This document shows positions 63,966 through 64,000 of a stretch of DNA of 64,000 nucleotides, piece by piece. The stretch's first letter is position 1; each line of letters opens with the position of its first letter. This DNA is from Eledone cirrhosa (Eukaryota). The notes beneath the pieces are model-generated. The model saw only the letters and a list, made by a program, of their open reading frames with translations, had not been told where the DNA came from and made no database searches. The position numbers and the translations under genes were made by a program. Location of the stretch: NCBI GenBank assembly GCA_964016885.1, contig OZ024747.1, forward strand, positions 27,528,001 through 27,592,000. The letters run 5' to 3'.

Positions 63966-64000
63966 AATGAAATAGCAATAAACCCAACTATAAGGGTGAT

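Overview
AT-rich, (TA)n-microsatellite-dense eukaryotic genomic DNA. The repeat repertoire suggests a mollusc, probably a cephalopod such as an octopus (inference). One large minus-strand, intron-rich gene was reconstructed by hand from 43278 (ATG) to 7320 (TAG). It has 24 coding exons with phase-consistent GT-AG junctions and gives about 1884 aa. It encodes a secreted large lipid transfer protein (vitellogenin/apolipophorin-like). The C-terminus is atypical: no recognisable vWD domain, but a Thr-rich tail with an RXXR site. A 36-nt exon is present as two intact, slightly diverged copies separated by a Penelope-like element. The introns and flanks hold several hammerhead-ribozyme motifs from different families, often in fold-back inverted repeats next to (TA)n. 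They also hold three or four SINE families, piggyBac-like TTAA MITEs, and decayed RTE, CR1/L2, Tx1, R4/Dong and mariner fragments. No other host gene was confidently found. Repeat boundaries are approximate and no database searches were run.
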